A stretch of 58,003 nt of DNA, filler included, from Catajapyx aquilonaris (taxonomy: Eukaryota): NCBI GenBank assembly GCA_000934665.2. It is 2 parts of 2 records of this genome, joined end to end, with 100 filler letters (N's around TTAATTAATTAA, not from the genome) between each part and the next. Parts side by side here need not be neighbours in the genome. Positions count along the whole stretch, not along the records: positions 29,032 to 58,003 come from JYFJ02004844.1; 1 more part is not named here. One strand, written 5' to 3'. Positions 33,601 to 48,200 of this stretch are shown piece after piece. The position numbers were made by a program, and so were the translations under genes. Under the pieces are notes generated by a model. That model searched no databases, was not told where the DNA came from, and saw only the letters and a list, made by a program, of their open reading frames with translations. The first letter of the stretch is position 1. The number at the start of each line of letters is the position of its first letter.

Positions 33601-36600
33601 AAAAAAAAGAGAAGAGAATTTTGGGGGTTGATGACGCCTGCTGGGCGTTTGCTCCATCTATGTCGGCGTGGAAAAGTAGACATCCCGTATCCAGGTGGCG
33701 TTGAAGTGACGAACGGCGCAATAAAGAGGGCTGACATTCTCATTAAAACTGTACGAAGTTCACGCCGGCTACCTCATTTCGTTTCCTAGTGTTATTCAAG
33801 CTTTTTTTTTCTCGTAGATGCGCGCTTGTTTACCAAACTTAATTTACTCGCAACTCAAAAATTATGCAAATATTTTTCAGGAAACTATTTTATAGGCAAG
33901 GGTTCTTTCACGCCGTCTTGAAGGTGTGAAGTGGATAACACATTTATTCAAATTGTTGGGATGGATATATTTCATTGCGGAATTTTGTATAAGGTACGAG
34001 TCTGAAACTTCATATAGGACCTATATGCCTACCTTAGTACTTAATGATTGATTATTCAATACATCACAGCATTGTTTCAAAAAAAAACTTAAATTAACTA
34101 GAAAGTAGCGGTGGTATACATACTCGAAAATTTTTGCAGATTTGTTTTCATGTAAGTAGGTGAGATTTTTTCCTCCTTTTCAGCGTGTCTCCCACACTTT
34201 GGTGCAAGTATTGCCCATTGAGGACGTATGCCAATTTTATTTAAAATGTCTACAGCCATTACTCTTTTTAAAAATGTTTCTACACTATGCGTATATGACA
34301 GAAACTTAGTATCTGCGGGCTTTCTGACTCACTTTCAGACTACTGAGTAAGCTGGAAAGTGTCACACTTGTCAGATGTCACAATAAGTTAGAAAAGTCCC
34401 AAAATCTCGAATATTTGGTAATGAAACCTTTTTTTTTCACCATTCCGTGGCAGTGCCTGAATAGATGACAGGCTTTGTCTGGCCACCCTGCAAGTAAGCC
34501 ACCTGAGCGCCACCAAGCAGGCAAAAAGGGCAGAATGATGAAATTAATTTGTGTCCTCGGATTTAGGTAGGATTCACCAGCAGTAATGACAGGAAGTACC
34601 AATCAACTCCGAAAATGGAAGGAGATTCACATGAGATTTTCTCCTCCACCTGGTTGGCCCCAAGGGTGCAGGAGCAGCAGTGTTAGCGATAAAAGCCGCA
34701 ATTTGTAGGTTTTGTAACCGTAAGCCCCGGTGATGATATGGGAATCAATTTGGCGTCTGCCATAGCACGGAACGATATCAAAACGTGGGGAGGGGGGGGG
34801 GTACCGGAATTGGCTGGCAGTTAAGTGAATACGGGCTAAGTTAGAGAGCCATGATGGCAGACTCGCACGCACCTGTTCAGCATCCGCATGGCGTGATGAA
34901 CAAAGCAAGAGCCATTTGGTTTCAGGCCGCAGGTGAGCAGGTATAGGCATGGGGGGAGGGGGGGTTAAAAAGGGAAGGGGGGAGCCTTTTTAGGCTAATG
35001 AGATACAAAAATAGCGGAAACAGTTAAGGGAAGCGTTTGAAACCTTGCTCCGAATTTGGTCGGTTGAAGGAGCGGATGGAATGGGGATGATGGAGCCACT
35101 CTGGCGTGGGTTTTCTGCAGGTGTATATCGGCCTACATCGCTTTTGTGCGGCCTACTACTCGACACGGTCAACTGACTACGGACACTGACGGGTTTACAG
35201 ACCAGGACGGATTTACACCCCACACTTGAGTGCGACGCTCAGATCTACAGTATTTTGGCCAGCATCGAGTGTGGGACTGTAATGCAGCCTGTCAGCACAG
35301 TCCTGCATTGTGGGTCTAGAGAGGTTATATAGATATAGTGCAGGTATATACAGTACAAGGGTGATAGTATCTACTTTTGCGCATATGTGACATCTGCAAC
35401 ATAGTGCACGTATAGTGCAGTGTCATGCGATATAGTTCAACTGCAAAGATTGTACAAAGTTATTTTCTGAGTAGTGACAACTAGTTACCATCACCATCCA
35501 CTCTATCTACCGCCATCAAGCCTATAATGACACGCTTACATCCCCTCAGGGTCCTAAAGCTGAAGTGCATTCTCTACAGTTGCACTGTAGTGTAATTTGT
35601 GCCAAGCACTGCATACCTGTACACTTGTACAGTATGCAAAGTGATGCAAATGACCAGATTCTCAAAGTAGGGTGATCAGGGCTACGCTAACACATGGCGA
35701 TCGTTTATTCTCTCTTTAAAGTGATTGAAAAACTGAACAGAGTTTCTAACTTCTCTCTCTGATCCCTTCTTATTTTGGGACTAGAACTGGCCACACTCTA
35801 TGCTGATTAGTTCTCTTGATGTGCATAAGTTGTGTATGTTCTGACATCATGCTAAGTTTGCAGCTACAGTCATTGACCGAACGAATTGTCACAGGACATC
35901 AGAAGTTGAAGCAAACCTGTATGTAACTTAGAAGGCACTTGCCGCGTAAATGAGCAACAATAGACAGGCGTTGCGTACTGTACTCCATGTGGCTGTTGAC
36001 AAGAAAACATTGGCCGAGTTCCGTATAAATGGGTACTCTGCGAGTCTGGCTGAATAATTGACAATTTGAAATGAAGTCAGGTGAAACTTACTGTACACTA
36101 GTCTTAATGAATTCGTCAGAGTGATTATGGTTGACCGCCAGTCATGGTCCAACTAGTGCACTACTGTAAAGTGAGTAACATCACAGTCTAGTCAGTCTAG
36201 TGATACAGTACGTACGGACGCAGAAGATATTAAATTTTTAAAGGAAATATGATTTGAAACTCAGTCAGATAGACTATTCAGAATCACTTATGCGGTAGAT
36301 TTCCACAAATAATGTACAACCAAACGTGGCTGTCATCAGTGTTGTAATTTCAAAGGATAATCCAACTGAACTACCACAACACAACTAGTGAAACAAACAT
36401 CAGGTAATTATGCTGGCAGATTTAATCTAAATGCAAGTACAGAACTACCGACAGTTACAGTTTGCATTAATTCGCATTTCACATGCCTCTGTACCAGATA
36501 AAAAATTAATTTACATTACAAAGAATATTATATTACATTGTTCCACCCAAAACACTGAATAGGTTTAACATAATGATGGGTAAGTTTAATCGTGTGCAGG

Positions 36601-39600
36601 TACATTTTCATATTTGGTACATATAGAAAAAGAAATCGAGCACAACCTCACAGTCGCATTTGTACTGTATTACATGATATACGAAAAGGCGAAATAGTCT
36701 TATCCTGACCTGTTATGCATCCGCACCTTTGTATCACAAGAGGAATACCCTGCAGGGGCAAAGAAGAATGTTTTGTTGCATTGTGGTGCACGATATGTAT
36801 ACTGTACAGTACCTGCATTAGTATGTAATGTCTCCTCCATATAGTGCTGTAATAATAATACTGTAATAATAATAATCAGAGACATAAATGAAGATCGCTC
36901 TCAAGGGGGAATATCCCCCCAAAAAATCTATATTGGACATCTCAATTCATCGCATGACAAATGCCTTAATTATCCTGCACTAATTATTATTTGATTATTC
37001 GCGGTTCCTAAGCCACTGAAGTAATTCTTGAAATTAAGCCCTCTCACAATAAGGGCTTCTTTACGTGATCGCTGACGAGAAATGCCTTACAGTATGTCTC
37101 ATGAATAGATTTAAAAAGAGCGTTAATTGCGGAGTTTTTATGATGCTACTTTGCACTTCTAGGAGTTAAGCCTGTCATTCGGGAGGCTCTGTGTTTGATA
37201 CCTGGTGCCTAAGTTTATGTCGTGCATTAATGAGCACCCATCATTGGTTAGTGGTAAAGAACACGAGCCAGTAATAATATTTGGCCAATGGTACCTTATA
37301 TTGCACGTGGCAATAAACTTCAGCATAATCCGGAGAAAGGCCCAAAATTGGAAGAAATCCTAGGGGTATTGCAAAAAAAAGGGCATTGAGCGGCTCTGCT
37401 GTGATTAAAGCAGCGGATATTGGAAAAAGAATAGGAAACAACTTTTGATAACTATTGATTAGGTGCTCTCAGAGGTCTTAGTGATGAAGCCCCCTAAATT
37501 ATCGTGTGTGGCTCAGACCCCTGGATTTCCATGGCGCCCACAGATTTACCAACTTTTGACAGACCCTTGAATTAATGCGATTCCTGCAGAATCCGCAGTG
37601 GGACTTCAGTGAAATAGCCAAGTGGTCCTGTGTATCGATATTACTGGATGAAGCCCCCATGGGTGGTGTTACGTCATAGGCAGTGATTGGCTCATTCTGT
37701 AGTAACTCCTCCCACGTCAAGACGATAGCTAGGTGGCAGCACCATTATTGATGCTGAAGAAAGAGCAGCTGGTGTCCGGCCAGGGTCATCGGAATAATGG
37801 AACTCCAGGTTAGAATCGAGTGTAGCTGTGGCAGTGCTGCGAAACTCTTGTTTAATGCATCCTCCTCCTGGTGGAGTTTGGCGACTGCTCGGGTGGAACT
37901 AGAACAATCCAAGGCCCCTCCAACTAATTAATGTTTCAACACGACTGTTCCACGTCCATCAGCAGTCAGGCCTGATAAATTGCCCGCATTTCTTGCGTCC
38001 TGTGGCTTGCACCGAGTTTTTGGGGCTCCCAACTTTTCCAGGGAGAGCCAAAGTGTTAGTAAGCACTTTTCCGTGAGGTTAATTCGAGTCATTCGATTCG
38101 TTAAATCCGTCCCACCTCCATTCACACGAGAGGAAGCAGGAAAAGGAGGGTCTTTGCTTGGATACTGAACGAAACAGATCGCTATGCCCATCCCACCCAT
38201 CTACCTTTTTTTTTTGTCACTCCTTTCGTACATTTTTCCACGCTCGAGAAATTTCGTCGCGTTGTATCAATCACTAGGAGAAACACGCCCATTTCTGCAT
38301 GGAATCGACACGACCCCCTTTTTCTCTCTGCAGACTCGACATTTCATAGTACCATAATCCATCTGACCCTTTTGTGAGTGCGCTGGCAATAATGTCGTAC
38401 GCTATGGAGCAAGGGGTAGTAAACTCTGACGAGGATAAATTTTCACCACTTGGGTGATCTACTTTGCGACAACTTCACACATACCAATGTAGGAAATCTT
38501 GGCCTTGCAAAAGGAGAATAGAGACCCATATCCCAAAGGAGCTCTCCTAGTGAACCTGAATCTTCATTCTGGCTGCAGCAGTCACGAGGCCCCTGCAGCC
38601 ATCGAGTCTATAAAATAGGCCGTAAAAAGGCAGCCAGACGGATGGAGATAGGGGGTAAGGCTATGGGGGAAGGTGGCTGCAACGAGTTTTCAATCGCTTG
38701 ATTGACTTTTTAGAGAAAAAAGTAGCCCTTTGTTAGCCAGCTGCTACTGTAAGTAACAATGGCTATGTAGTTATTTAGCAGGCTGTTTTGGGGAGGTTAG
38801 CATGTCCCATTTATTGCCCTCAAGTAACATTATGTCATTACATGCCCTAAATGACCGTCTTTCTGTAGTTCAAATGCTGCATTATTTAATAAACAACAAA
38901 AGGGAAACTACAAATAGCAGAAAGTCCTGTCAACAATACTATTATGAGCGTTTCTGTGTAAAATTACTGGCCAGCATCAAAGTATAATACCAGTCACAAA
39001 AAAGGTTGGTTTATTTTAACTCCGCCGACAAAACTAGTTAGTTACCTGAAACTTTTGTTGTTTCAACTTTCAATTACATGATGTTAATCAAAACATAGTG
39101 CTGTACAACACCGCCTGTAATATTAGTAGTCAGAGGTTGAATGGTTGGTGCCTGACAGAGAATAGAGGAGCAAGTGATTGTTGGGGTGGCACACCAGTCC
39201 CCACAGTGCCCTTTCGTCGCAGAAAGAGGCCCACTTAAAAATTCCATTCCTGCCAACCCTATACCTATTCGGAGCGAGTAAACCTGCACAATTTCGTACT
39301 GGGACGCTTAATTAAAGCGCTTTGACGACCCAACAAAAGCCAGGGAAGGAGAAGGAAATGGAGGCAACTAGGAAGAGAGAGGCTCCAGGCGTTTAAGAGG
39401 CAAGAGGTGCCCGCTTGGACACCAACTCTGATGCCTTTAACATTTACTGCCCACTTACGTATGGTTCGTCAAGAGCAGTCAATTAGGTCTCGGCCAACCA
39501 TGGAAACATTTACTCAAGTTGCACCGGGTTGGGTTAATGAACTTTCCTCACACCAAAATGCATGTTTCAGCCGCTAATTTGGGCTAACATTTCCCAGAGA

Positions 39601-40769
39601 GGACCTCTGACCCTCTCACACTTCTGCGATTTGTTTCTGTCACTTTTGGAAGCTTGGCCAGATAACTCGCGTAATTATTCCCAATATTTTGGTGGCGGCC
39701 ATTGTTGCATTGTGCCTCGATTCTTCCTCTTTGCCAGCTCCCTAGATAAGGCGTGATAAATGACTCCCAGTTCACTGCTTACTCAAGCTGACATTCACGT
39801 CATTAAATTTCTATCGCCTGCCCAGTTTTTGCTCCTAAAACCAGAATTAAAAATTCAATACAATGTTGGAACGCTGCGTGTCACAGGAAATATCCTGGCA
39901 ATCAGTATTGATTTCCCATCTTTAGCACCCAGTTGCACAGGCCGTTATCCTAGCTCTTTCTCCATGGGAAACCATTGCTGATTTTTTTTTTTGTGGTAGA
40001 AAACACGTGGCCATCTGTTGGGTCGGAGGTCGGTACAGTGTTTACACGAGGCGCATCCCGATAAATGGAATCTGTTGGCTAATAAAAGCGGAGCATAAAG
40101 GCGGTGTCTCCCCGGAGGGTGACACGTCATCCTTTGGCTCGAGGCCAGACCTCTCGTGACATGACCTCTCTTTTCCCTTCCATGCCCCCTCACCCTTCAC
40201 CCTAGGGCGGCGGGGGCCTTATTACTACTCCTTCCTATACTCCATCTTCCTCAGCAAAACCCTTGTTATAAAGCACCATCTCGTAACTCCCGTCTCTGAG
40301 TTCAAGATTTACTCCCAAATCGATACAAATTGCACGGGAGAGGCCTCGGCCGGCGGAAAGCAATTAATCACCCCCCTCCCCCGCCTTCCCCCTACTTCTT
40401 TCCCACCCCACATCCACATCCAAAACCCCTCCCTACACCGCCATTTCCGTGCCTCTACAACCCAACCATTTTCTGCCTACCATTTCCACTGTGGTTGATG
40501 GGCATCATCCGGGAGGTTTCTGTCAGCTTTGAAAGACAAGGTGCATTTCCGATGCCGCTCACGATTAGTTTCGTGTTGTTACGCTTATTGTTACAATGTA
40601 GGTCGTAGAAAATGTTTAGCAAAGGAGTGCCAATCACAATTAAATGTACCTGCAGGTCAACAGGTTGTTCGCTACTGGAGGATATTTCTGATGGACCTAG
40701 CGAATCTGTGCAACTTGATGGAATACGGCCCGGGGGCATGACCGCAGCCGCGACGAAGGCGCGCCAATT

Positions 40770-40837
40770 GGGGCGAAGCCCCACAGGGGGGTGTGGGGGG
40801 GCTCCGCCCCCCCACACCCCCCGCCTCGCAAAGCGAG
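40770..40837. repeat. Three adjacent GC-rich hairpins, probably a transposon-end remnant
   Basis: ggggcgaagcccc; a 17-bp stem ggggggtgtgggggggc-tcc-gcccccccacacccccc; and ctcgcaaagcgag. Confidence 0.7.
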
Positions 40838-43800
40838 TCTGTAATATTCATGGTAGGTGTAATCCGGTCCACTATTCTGAGTAAGTGGTGCTTGTACTTT
40901 CCTGGCTGCGTTTTCCAGTGCCCTACCTTTCTCCAGCTAGACGTCCCCGTACATTTCAGCCAGCCACTTATCAGAACAGTTACAAAAAGCTTTTGGTTGA
41001 GAGGAAAGAGGCTTCACATAGAGATTTGCCCACTGGCGAAAGCCTAATCCTTTCGAATCCCCCATTCGATTCAGCCTCCCAACTCACATTTGTGAGCTCC
41101 TAAATTCCTATCATTTTCCAAGAGTCCGTTGCTGCTATGGGACCAAAAATTTAGTAGTACCTCTTACAAGCAACGGTCACGCTCGCGATTAAGCAGTGTT
41201 GATGTTGAGGCTACTGTTGATTTACATGCTGATCGGTCGTGCCAACTTCTCTTAGGGGGGGACTTAATCCTCTCTGGCTGATAATTGCCAGGGTTACTTA
41301 ATGTGACTGGAATTAATTGTCGCAGGGACAGGATTATTCTAATGGCCCGCAATCGCAAAAGACAATAGTGAAGGTAGAAAAGAGCAGCGGGTTTTGTCCT
41401 CTTAAAAAAAGGGTTACCAAATGGGAACAAAGGGAAGGCAGCCTGGAGTGTGGACGTGACGCGAACCCGGCGGGAGTCGACCCTGCTTCATTCTGGGTCA
41501 TGAGGAGGCCAATTAAACCCTTCTCAGATGTCAATGGGATCAATGGTTGGAGTCTTGAGAGCTTGCAAGTCCCTGGGGTGCACATCATCCATCATAAAGT
41601 GTGACGCAAGGAAAGTACCAGGCGACCTATGACTTTGACTGATAGTGGTGTCAGGCTTGGATCCGGGATTTTTTTTTTGTAGTTTGTCTTTTTTCCGGGA
41701 CAATAAATACACACGTTATCACGTCCCTGCCAGTCCGACCAAACTTGAATAGAGGACCGTAGACAGTGGAGCTATTTGATACCCCATTTTGGTTCTGTCA
41801 ATTCCAACGGTGAATAAGTGCGCTTTGGCAAAGGTCGGATAGACGAAGCGTATTATTTTCCCCCTGGTTAAAATGGAGGTGTGCAGTTTTAATCAGGTCG
41901 GTGGGCTTGATTTTGTCAAGTTCAGAAGCGGACATGGGTAGTCTGCATGTATATAGTCATAAATCATATAAGGGTAGAGTGCAGCTTGCCATGTGTGTAA
42001 ATTCGGACGAATTTAGCGACAACTCTATATTTGGTACATTTCAAATGCAGTGATACATTTGCATTATTCAACCATGAATGTGAAAAAGAATATCCAATTA
42101 ACTGGATATTTGGTTCAGCAGTCCCGACATGCCCGAACTACCCAACCGAAATTGAGCTTTGCGATCGGACTGCTTTGTACTGGTTTTATTATTGGAGAGT
42201 AAAGCCAGTTCACAAGGTATATATTTTTTAGATAAATAAAAAGGGTAAGTACTTGCACAGGTCATGAATTGTGTGTTGAATTATTTTCGGAGGAGTAGTC
42301 AACCGACGTGAGATTAGTAACTCATTGATTTTGTGGAATAAAAGGACGTGGAAGCAATTCAGTGACCCCAGAGTAAATGTGGGTGTCCGAGCGAGCCGGC
42401 ATTTGGTGCTATGGCCATTACGTGTGTGGCCACATGATGGCGTGCGTGCGTTTATGTAACGTATGGTCGGCTCGTTGTGGGCTGGGAAATTGTCGCTGAC
42501 ATGAGTTAGAATGTAATGTGACACAGGCAGGAATCTGACGCGCTTGACAATAGTTGGAGACCGAGATTATGGAATTCATTATGGAATTTGATGGCGGCGG
42601 AATTGATGAGGGTCAGGCTCATGTGTAATAACATGTGCGTTGTTTTCAATATCGATTCGGTTGGAATGTCGGATAATTTTTAAATAGTTTGCCACAAGCG
42701 AGTATAGTGCAATAATGACAAATAGTTGTGGCATCCCGCATAGTCTACTGATATAATGAAGATCATGGATTTCCATGATTATATGCATAAAATATTTAAG
42801 TGAAACCTGTGTAGGAGAAGGTTCCCTACATTTTTAATGCATATTAAAAATTTGAGCTGGCCCAGCAACATCCTGTAATGTATGACGCGGCAGCAGGGCT
42901 CGCCCAGCCAAGTTTCGTAACGATTATTATCTGAGATAGAGTTACAGTGCAGTGTGTGCTTTTGGAACAGTCGAGTGCAACAGAGAATAAAATTTTGAAA
43001 ATCCAGGTGCAGCAGTATTTCCCACAAGTTGAGAGTTTGAAGCGTACACTATAGCCTATTATTATTATAAGGCCCCGTCAATTTCAGATTCACTGGCCAT
43101 TTTAGCCTCCACAACATAAATTAGTGAACTAGAGCTTAAACCACCACTCCACCATGTTGATGAAATAATCTGCTTCTCTCTGGTTATTTTTATTACATAC
43201 AGTATTCCTTCTTGTACCGGGCAGTCTGCTTTAAATAATATTTTATACAACCTGCAGCGCGTGTGTAAGCCTGGGATTACATGGTAACAGCCATGTTTTG
43301 AATGCTTTTTGCTCACTTGTGTTTCTACTAACTTGCTAATATCAACAGTAAACTACTATACCCCGATGCACCGAATACTTATGAACAAGTACTCTGTACA
43401 TGCCTGGTGGATATTGTACTATTAATAAATTACTAAAACATTTAGATACGTAAGTAGGTAAATGCATCCGTTCAGCTCTGGTTGTAGGATTATGCTGGGG
43501 AATAGTCAAATCCAGAAGGCCGGAAGCTTTACGTATGCAAACCTCTGGCTTCTACCTCTAAATAACTGCTAACGTCACTATATGAGGCTCCAATCCTGGA
43601 AAACCTGCATTGTCTCTGCTCCATTGCAAACTTCAAGACATGTAATGTAAGCTACTCCGATATGTTCGGATTAACGCACCTTCAGTCAATTCAGCATGCA
43701 ACATAAATAGGCATCAGTTTAAAATCCAGGATTTATGCTACACCATGAATTTATTCTTGTCGGAACCAGTTAATTAACTTGGATATACCAAGAGCGGTCC

Positions 43801-45164
43801 AGCTATCCCTCATGAAGCAGGCTACCATTCATTAAGCCTCCAGTATAATTTAGCGCATTTTCTGCAATTTATTCATCCAGCCGATATGTCTTCCTCCTAA
43901 TCATCCCAAACCCTCCCCCCCAAACACACACGATCTCCTCGCATGAAAATTATTGCTAGAAACACGTCCTCCTATGATGGATATATCTCATGAGCTATTC
44001 GGAGTGCAACATCGATTATGACAGCCAACTACCGTAGGGTTATTATTTGCCTAGGCGGTGCATGCCGGTGGAAGGGCAGGCCGGACGGTGATTAATAGCT
44101 CCCGTCTAATCACTCTCGCCCTAGACGTATGATGACGATATTTTGTGCATCGTGTCAAGGTTTGACGGAGCGTGCTTGCGATGCAATAAACGCTGGGTGG
44201 GAGGGGCAGGAAAAGAAAATCCATGTAGGAGGGGGGGCTGTAATGTGCGAAAAGGAAGTAAGGCTGCCAATCGAGAGTAGCAGCATCCCATCCCTTTTGG
44301 GGGGTCTAGGTGCTGCAGATGAACTCGGAGGGGGCCCCCTCTGACATTTTTACCGCTTCGCCCGGTTCCCCGCTATTAATATCCGCCCCGGGAAAGGGAG
44401 AGCTGCAACTCGCTGGTGATTAAAAACCGTATTTCTTGGCTGCGGAGGCGCCATTCTCGTTGGCTGCCAGATATATATACGAGCAGGGCGCTGGATATGA
44501 GAGTGGTCGGGGAATTCCCGTCACAGCCACTTCTGGCCCTCCCCTGAAAATAGGGAGGGGAGGGGGGGGGGGTCAACGGGGGACATTGTGGCCGAGGGCT
44601 CTGATGCTGTCCTGTACAGTGGAGCTCCGGTTATCTCAGGTTTCGGGACCTGTTTTAAGTGTTATGCCAGAGGCAATGCGGGGTGGGATTTTTCCAAGCG
44701 TGAAAATGCACTATGACCTGGGGTCTGCCATCACCGAGGTCGTTGCTGGAGGGAAGGATGTGAAATATGCATTAGTAAGTATCTGCTGTGTCTACATCGG
44801 GGATAGGTGTGTTTTACAGAGTAGATGAGAGAGTTGGGAAGTGGGTCATGTTGGGCGAAACTGTACTTGGAGTTTGTATTGGAAACTGTGTTATTTTAAT
44901 TGCTCGTGACTTTATTCGGAGTGTGTGTGTCTACACCGGCTGTTGTTTTTAAAACTGCGGGCTTTGATCCAGTATATTTGTGGCGGAAGCGTCATTCAAA
45001 AATGTAATTTTCCTGAAAATTGAGTAATTAAAATGTCACTCACCTTTTATGAAGCATAATAATTATTGGCCACATAATGGAAACATATAATCTCGCAGGC
45101 ACTTCAAATATTGTTTACTTGATTCTCGCAATTACTCTACGTAAGATCCTTTCGTATAAAAAAA

Positions 45165-45209
45165 TAAAGGACTCCTCTATTCACACTATAGTGTGAATAG
45201 AGTCCTTTA
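45165..45209. repeat. Perfect 28-bp palindrome with an extended stem
   Basis: ctctattcacactatagtgtgaatagag (45175-45202), flanked by taaaggact / agtccttta. Confidence 0.8.
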
Positions 45210-48200
45210 AGAGGAGTCCTATAGGCGCTCTATGCACTAATCTAGCGAATGAAAATAGTATGATGCGGCGCCATCTATCTTCTGCAGTCATTTTTCCAAG
45301 TCTCTCCCCGTTCTCTTTGGCACCTGCAGGTTATGCCACACGTGATACAAGGGTGCGCTTGCATATCTGGCCAGGATGAAGGCCACTAAGGCCAACTTAT
45401 GAACTTGCAGAATTGACGCCTGTTGTTGATTCATTGGAGTCTGGAATATATTTTGACTCACTGTCTGTATAGCCTTGTCTGCACTCCAGAGTACCCAGCT
45501 AGCAACGAATAATCAAAAAAGGAAGAAACTGTGAGTACGACATCGAGTGAAGGTAAGAAAGGTACTGTACATGTTTTAACAACCTATCTGCAAGATATGG
45601 AGGATTGCATTGAAAAGTTTCACTTTTTTGACGTACAGTGCACATTCTTTAAAAAAAACTGTCCCTCTCTCCATAACCTATTAGCCATATTCACGTATAC
45701 TGTAATGTGCCTCAGAGAAAACGAGGAGAGCGAAATCCTACATTCAAAAACAGGGGAATCACGCTCCATGCGTAGTTGACAATTCAGCAGTGCTTTTCAA
45801 AGCGAAACACTTTGCAAGGTAATACCTTACAGACATTATGTGAGAAATTTGAACAGCCTTTGGTTCAAGTCAATCCGACTATAACATCCCACGAGTACTG
45901 TACGTGCAAAGTTACGCGATTTGGCTAGAGAATAGAAGGCTAGATGGAAATATCACTTATTAAAGTTGAATATCAGTGTCAATGATTACTACCATTTTTG
46001 CAATAGAAGAATCCTATCACTTCACCTGCCTTAAAAATATATAGAGCACAGCAAGTCGGTTTCGTCTGTTCGCCCTAAATAAGCTCCACTAGTTTTAAAC
46101 CTCGCAAAAAAATCAGCATTAATATTACTCCTAAAAATGAGCAGTGCAAACAGCAGGGAACGAACCAAGCCAAACAGATATAGGCCCGGCATAAATAATA
46201 CCCACGCAATTGCAAGTTTAGTCGTATAAAGATATTATGGATCGTGAGTCTGAAATCCCAGCTCGATTACGGGCTGCAACCTGTTAAATTGCTGGGGAGA
46301 GAAATGGCGCCATTCTCCCCCCGGCGAGCTGGGAAAAGGAGAATGGAAAATGGCCGTCCTCTTGGCGAATCCCGGGGCGAGGCCGCAAGCAAAATGGGAG
46401 AGGAATAAAAGGCAGGAGCCTCTAGAAAAAAAAATATAAAGAGCCAGGCGAATAATTTTCATGTTTAGGAACAAACCGTCGTAACGTTGGGAACCGTCAG
46501 AAACTTGCGTGATTAATCCCGCAAGGAACTCTACTTTCCGGGGCCTTGCCGTGCACCGCAGTATGAAATACGGTTATACATAGTGAGTCGCACTTTATCA
46601 TCTGCCAACTGCCGGCTTCTATTGTTGCTCTGGGAGTTATGTGAAGCAGCTCCTTTTCCCGCCTGCACTCTCTGACTTGGAGGGTAAGGATTCAAACTCG
46701 TACCCCCTCGGGGTTTTCCTAGAGATGAGACCAGGGGGACATCTCCGGACTTGCCCATTCCCGGCACGACCCCTGCAACACTCCAAAAAAGACAGATACT
46801 GCAAGAGGAAAGGGGGGGGGGGGACATTATTTGCCAGTCTTGCGCATTCTCGCACTAAGGGTAATCGATGCTCAAATCCTATCACGTGCAATTAACGGTC
46901 CTGGGAAGAAAAATGTGTCGCACCCCCCTACTTTTGGTGTACCAAATTCGGTGAGCTGTAATGATGTGGGGGGGGGGGGGTGCTATTAATGCTGTGCTTA
47001 GAGTGGGATCAATGGGTAGGGAGAAAGCCCGCCTGCTGGGGTGCTGCAAGAAACAACTTTTTTCCGGTGATGGATGGGAATATTGCCCTCTATCAAATAT
47101 TTCAAGCTGGGTTGCTTTTTGCCAAATTGTTTCACGTGGTTTTTTGGATCGATTTGGAGAACCTTGCTGTGTGTAATTGAAAACGTTTAATGGCATTAAT
47201 TTGGGGTCAAATAATTTTGTGAGGCGCACTTTGTTTACTGACACTCATAATTTTATTGCCGTACACCGGTCAATTAAATACGGGCTAATTTATTATAACA
47301 TCAACATGTTGATTTGGAAGATAGTTAATTTTGGGTACACAGTTTATAACGAGCTCTATTAGATGGGGCATGTGGTGGTTCGTACTGGCTAGTGATACGG
47401 TCCTATCTGATGTTTTGAGGGGGAAATTGGATGAAGTGTGGTCAGATATAGGTGTAACATTGCAGGGGTTATTAAACCTGCGGATTAATAAACTAGCGAT
47501 TAATTTGGCTTCTTATAAAGCATGCCAGGTTTCATTAGACTTTTTCTCAATCCTGAGGCGTAATCATGTTCTATTATAATGCACTGTACCCAAAGGCATT
47601 TTCTTGCTGCGTAATTGAGTTGTTAATTCATAATTGCATCGACATACTGCAATGTCTACATTTGAGTATCAAATCAACTCACATTTCTACCACAACCCAA
47701 TGCAGACACACTGTCAGACCATACGACTAAAATATTCTGCGGGAACAGAGAATTGATAATTCTGCTCTGTTGATGAAATCCGTTCCATGTGAACAACTTT
47801 CCGGCGAAGAAAGACCAAGCTCCGGGTTTTCTCAGGCGCCCTCCCACAAGCCAGCTTCCGTTAATTGGATTTTACGCGGATCAGGCTGTTCCCCCATTCA
47901 TTAGACTGGAACGGGGAGATGGGAGGGGGAGGGGGGCTCTCTTCTCCCTTTTCCCCTCCATCCCCCATCTCCCATGAAGATATTCCTCTCCGCCCCTCGT
48001 ACTTTCAAAGTGGATTCAGTCACATCCTCACCCGACTCGAATTATAACTTCTTCCTGCTTCCTCTCCACATATCCGGTTCTGCTACTTCATCTAGGAAGA
48101 AAATATTCAGTAAAAAAAAAAGGTTTTGTCAACTCTATAGGATTGGATCCACAATCTGCCGGGTGACAGGGTGAAGAAAAAGGGTAATAAAAGCGGTGGG

